DNA of 64,000 nt from Perkinsus chesapeaki ATCC PRA-425 (lineage: Eukaryota; Protista; Perkinsozoa): positions 25,518 through 89,517 of the forward strand of contig JAAPAO010000075.1 of NCBI GenBank assembly GCA_013115145.1, read 5' to 3'. Shown here piece by piece: positions 59,901 to 64,000 of this stretch (position 1 is the stretch's first letter; each line of letters opens with the position of its first letter). The notes beneath the pieces are model-generated. The model was not told the origin of the DNA, ran no database searches, and was given only the letters and a program-made list of their open reading frames with translations. The translations under genes and the position numbers were made by a program.

Positions 59901-61601
59901 ACGACGACGTCCACTTTAATATAACATTGCAATTGGAAGCTATTATGTTGTTGTGTTGTCAATCTGTATGGGGAGTCTCCCAAGTTTCGTTTCTGTGTCG
60001 GCTTAACTATGGCATAGCGTAAAGATATAGTAAATGGTGACACGTGACATCACGAATGGTGACCATGGACCAACTGCTTGTGACCGGGGCTTTTTGCTTG
60101 CCCCTTATATTGTATCATATTCCCTCTGGATGAGCTTGTATTCCTATAGTTACCGAATCAGTATTGCACACATGGGTCCCCTCGTCTACATCTTCTTTGC
60201 ATCAGTCCTTTCCATCTCTGGTCAAGCTGTTCACCTCAAGGCTGATCATGCTGTGAGGGGGAGGTCCCTCACCGATCCCAACCATTGCCCTGAATGTAAA
60301 TATGGATGTGAATGCATATTGGCTCACGTGTGTAGGTGTTTCCGTATATGATTTTTGTGTGCCTTGGATTCCAGAGCTTTCACACTAGCCAGGATACATC
60401 TACCCTTCATTATCCTTCTCAAACTAGTGAGTAGATTACATTATTCCCCAGTCTGGCATTCATGCTGATACTTGGTTGGCTCACTCCGGGCCACCTCGGT
60501 CTCAGGCCAGTGCATAGAAGATTACATTTCGAATCCTGCTATGATCACAACCCCTCTTTGTTGTAGCCTTATGGCCCAGTCGAAATCGTCTCAACGGTGT
60601 CTCTAGCAGTTGCGCTTGGAGTAAGAAATCCGCAACAGAGAAGCAAGGCTCTCAGTATATAAGGCGGCCACATGAGACTTGCTAGAACGAGGAAAGATCA
60701 AGCGATGAAGTCCAAAAAATAATGAATGTACCCTCGAACTCATAGACCATCGGTTAGCAAAAGTTACTTACAACAAAAGTAGCACTACCGGCCGTGGGTA
60801 TTCTCACCACGTCGCGCATCATCGAATGTGACAAGTACACACCAGCAATGATGAACCGATCGTCTCCCTCAACCCTAACTGATGGGCAATAGTTCAACTC
60901 CGGCTTGGGAAGTTAAATCAAAGTGTGCTTCTGGCCAAGGTTAACCACTCTTCGCAGGTTTGGTTATTAGCGACTCACGATAACTCGACCCATCGAGGAC
61001 ACAGCACGAAATGAACATATTGTCAAGACGGGCATTTCTTCAGTGCCATGCAAATAACATCACCCAGCTTATGTATAACGGATGTTGTGTCTTCTGTCGG
61101 GTCCAATCTAGGCAACTCGAAGTACCTTGAGTATTACCCCTAATCGTTAGCTGGGTACATCATGACTTACTCTCGGCACGCCCGGTTGCTCCTAGCCCAG
61201 TCTCCGGCCTGTTTGAATGTGATCTGTCGCTGCTTCCCTTGGAGGCCAGTGCGAGAGTCATACCCAAGTCCGACAACCTGCCCGACAATCGACGATACTC
61301 TGCAAGTGCATCTGCAACAGGGTTATGCTAACTGTAGGATTACACCGTATAGAACTCGATCCTACAGGACTATCTCAAAGGGGAGGAGCGCAAACAATGG
61401 GCAAAGAAGCAGAACTGTTCCGCCTGGGTTTATGCATAGAGAAAGCGTCCGGAATTTCCTATGAGGAGACTCAGTGCGAAAACGAAGCCGGAAGCCTTCC
61501 GCTAGCCATTCCGATTGAGACTCTCTGGATCTTAGAGAGAATAGTTCAGGTTTTGAGGCTGTGCTGTAACTAGCTCTGAGCTGGTGCGTGAAAAAAACCC
61601 T

Positions 61602-61953
61602 TGACCAGATTACGATGGTTTGACGAGATTGTGTCATGTTTGGGGCATTAGCTGTAATTTCCTTTAACCAACCTTCCAAACCGATATACGTACGTTTGTC
61701 GTAGACTGAGACATCCAATCACTATACTATACCAAAAATATACCTACTGTTGAAGCATAGTATAATCAAATCACTTTCTTTGTATAGCTCGCCTCTAATT
61801 TCGGCGAAGCTGAAGAGAGCGGGAGGCAAGTGGTGTGCCCGAGCAGGCTAGAAGTCGATACCGGGTTCTAACTGACCTCTGGTGCCCACCACAGTCCCAT
61901 AGTCCGACTTTTGTATCTTTTCCTTGATGATTTATCGTCATAGGCACGAAGTC
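61602..61953 (-). CDS. RJL-family (Rab-like, DNAJC27/RBJ-type) small GTPase exons
   Basis: Joining three exons across two GT-AG introns gives DFVPMTINHQGKDTKVGLWDCGGHQSFAEIRGELYKESDLIILCFNIYDKRTYIGLEGWLKEI. The DxxGH and FxExRxExYK motifs are RJL-like. P-loop exon not found. Confidence 0.7.
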
Positions 61954-63928
61954 CTGAACATTGGCACGTCTTTATTTACCGACGCGCGAACTGGGCAGTG
62001 TACCTCATGCTACTCATTACTGTGCATTACAAATTTAGTAATATGATTCCAATAGTAACTCGTTCCGTGTGTTTTCACTAGTCCGGTAAACAAAGCCGAA
62101 CTCGCTGTGCACCGCGGGACGCGATAGAAGCCTCTAGAGACTCGACTGCTGGGTATGACACGACAAACCCAATTCTCATCAACATGGGTATCAGCAAAGA
62201 CCTTTATCATGAAGCAAGGTTAGTAGTTACTTCAAGGTTATCAAAGAATCTCGGTCATACTTTTTATAACGTTGCTAGTCCACTCACCACTCCAATTGTT
62301 GGTTGGCTCTGTTTCAAGTAATATGCACCGATATGATCCCTATGGAGAATCTCCTCCGCGTAAGTGGTGCTTGGATTGCCCACTATACTTCTGAGAAGTG
62401 TGATGAGAGTTGTTTTACCAACACCTGAGAAAGTAACCGGGTTATGAAGGACGCCTTGGAGTTGACTAAATGACCAGTCATTAGTATTATTCTTTGCTAC
62501 CGTAGAATGTTAACAAGTCTTTCTTGCTAGACTGTGTAATCCGATAGGGATACCTACCAGAATCTCCCACGACGGTGACTCTCCCCTCAGACGCTTCTTT
62601 ACAAGTATCCATGTGCTTGCTGTTCATCGGCTTTCTCTTGAGAGGAACGAAGTAAGGCGTGTCGCTTGCTGAGGATTCGGAGCGTACCATTCGAGGGATA
62701 ACCCTGGGATTGGATTTAATCCACAAGTCCAATCAATGGGAATCCCAAGTGGAGCCTTCTATGGCTTGAAATTCGCAAGTTGGCTCTCTCTCTCTGTGTT
62801 CGGACCGCGTGTACAGATTTGGTCCTTATCAGCAGCTTTTCCTAGAAGTTCATCGCAGCCGGCATTGAGTGTATTATTGTATAAATGAATAATTTATAAT
62901 TGCATTCTACTCAATGTATAAATGAGTGTATTATAGTACTAAAGCGGCAGCTTCATGGAATTTCGATATTGATAGAAGAGAATGGAACTAGTAGAGTCCT
63001 ATTTCCATTTCCCAGAGACTGTTGGATCATCCGCATCGGACGATCCAATTAAAATGGTTATAGTGGCATGCAATAGCCCGAAACCGTCAACATCTAGCAA
63101 AACTACGATCCTCAAATTGAGGACCTGAATGCACTCTATAACGGAGAAATGCTGGAACCGGATTTCTTGGTTGCTCGAATAGAATTCAAAGAACTCAAAA
63201 GCCAAATAAGCTAAATACTATTCAATTGTATTGTAGCTATTTCTTCAGAGCCAAGTTCAGAACTGCTGCATAATTGTCACAAACGGTGATGATTATCCTC
63301 ACGTCATAAAAATATCCGGTAGCGCTGCTTATACTGTATAGCGCAGGATCGACGAGCTCTACTGCGAATCCTTCATGATCCGGATTCAATAGTCTCGTCC
63401 TTCCTTGTTTACCAAGTGCACAGTGAGTGTGGCACAATGTCGGTCTCGAGCAGAGGATTCGGTGTTCACCACTACTACTTCCTAGTTCTATTCACGCAAT
63501 GTCAAGGATCTACTAAACAATCGACTTCAGCCCACAACATCTTCTCCCCCTCCGTATAGATTCCTTTGTATGTGTCAGCTGACACGATGAAAGAAGTCAA
63601 CTTCATACTTGCTGACACCAACTGTTGGTGTTGGCTCATGTTGGTGACCAACATGTCGACCAAAAAGCCGTATGTAGCCTTATGGTGACTCAAAAACCCC
63701 CAAGTATTCAACTCAGTTCTGTTGCGATAACAGTAACGTACGGCTTGGCCTTTCATCATGAAAGTTACACGATTCAGTGGCGTAGCTGGGTACTTGACAG
63801 TGGGGGGGGGGGCAAGGTGGGGGCAGACCTACACCGCTAAGGGTCAATTACTGCCCCCAAAACCCATACCCCACAGCACCCATACCTGCCAGCAGGCGGG
63901 GCAGCGTGGGGGCGAGCACTGCTGCCGG

Positions 63929-63930
<2 letters not shown>

Positions 63931-64000
<70 letters not shown>
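63931..64000. other. 70-nt poly-G run at window end, probably a sequencing/assembly artefact
   Basis: Pure G from 63931 to the last base. Confidence 0.7.

Noticed and set aside
62010-62070. WW domain (GTSYYWNHITK)
   Set aside because: The flanking Trp and Pro are missing, and an alternative frame gives the GTPase TIGI motif.
63931-64000. Poly-G as G-quadruplex or telomere-like element
   Set aside because: A pure homopolymer at the sequence end is typical of no-signal base calls or scaffold filler, and there is no repeat unit.

Overview
Eukaryotic genomic DNA of about 48% GC with many short GT-AG introns. The gene families and intron style most resemble an alveolate such as Perkinsus (inference, not verified). 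The left third (1-23.3 kb) is accessory. It holds a 2.8-kb tract saturated with perfect palindromes centred on one unpaired base, four intronless paralogues of a secreted Cys-rich protein with a GH18-like FDxE or FNxD strand, and a TTAA-flanked MITE. It also holds a young intact 5,034-bp LTR retrotransposon (identical 188-bp LTRs, ATAC TSD). Its single ORF has BEL/Pao-type RT-RNaseH, two CCCH fingers in Gag and a C-terminal zf-CW-like chromatin-reader finger, and it has no visible PBS or PPT. The rest is mostly spliced housekeeping genes: an ankyrin-bromodomain protein, a cap-1 methyltransferase, tRNA-Thr(AGT), a GH18-like protein, a subtilisin pseudogene, a PNKP-type P-loop kinase, a TBC RabGAP, a CUE protein, a Mei2-like RRM, an Mpe1/RBBP6-like protein and an RJL-like GTPase. 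Between them lie a Chapaev/Transib-like transposase relic, orphan tRNA 3' ends and long hairpins. The terminal poly-G is probably an artefact. Exon boundaries of spliced genes were read by eye and are approximate.
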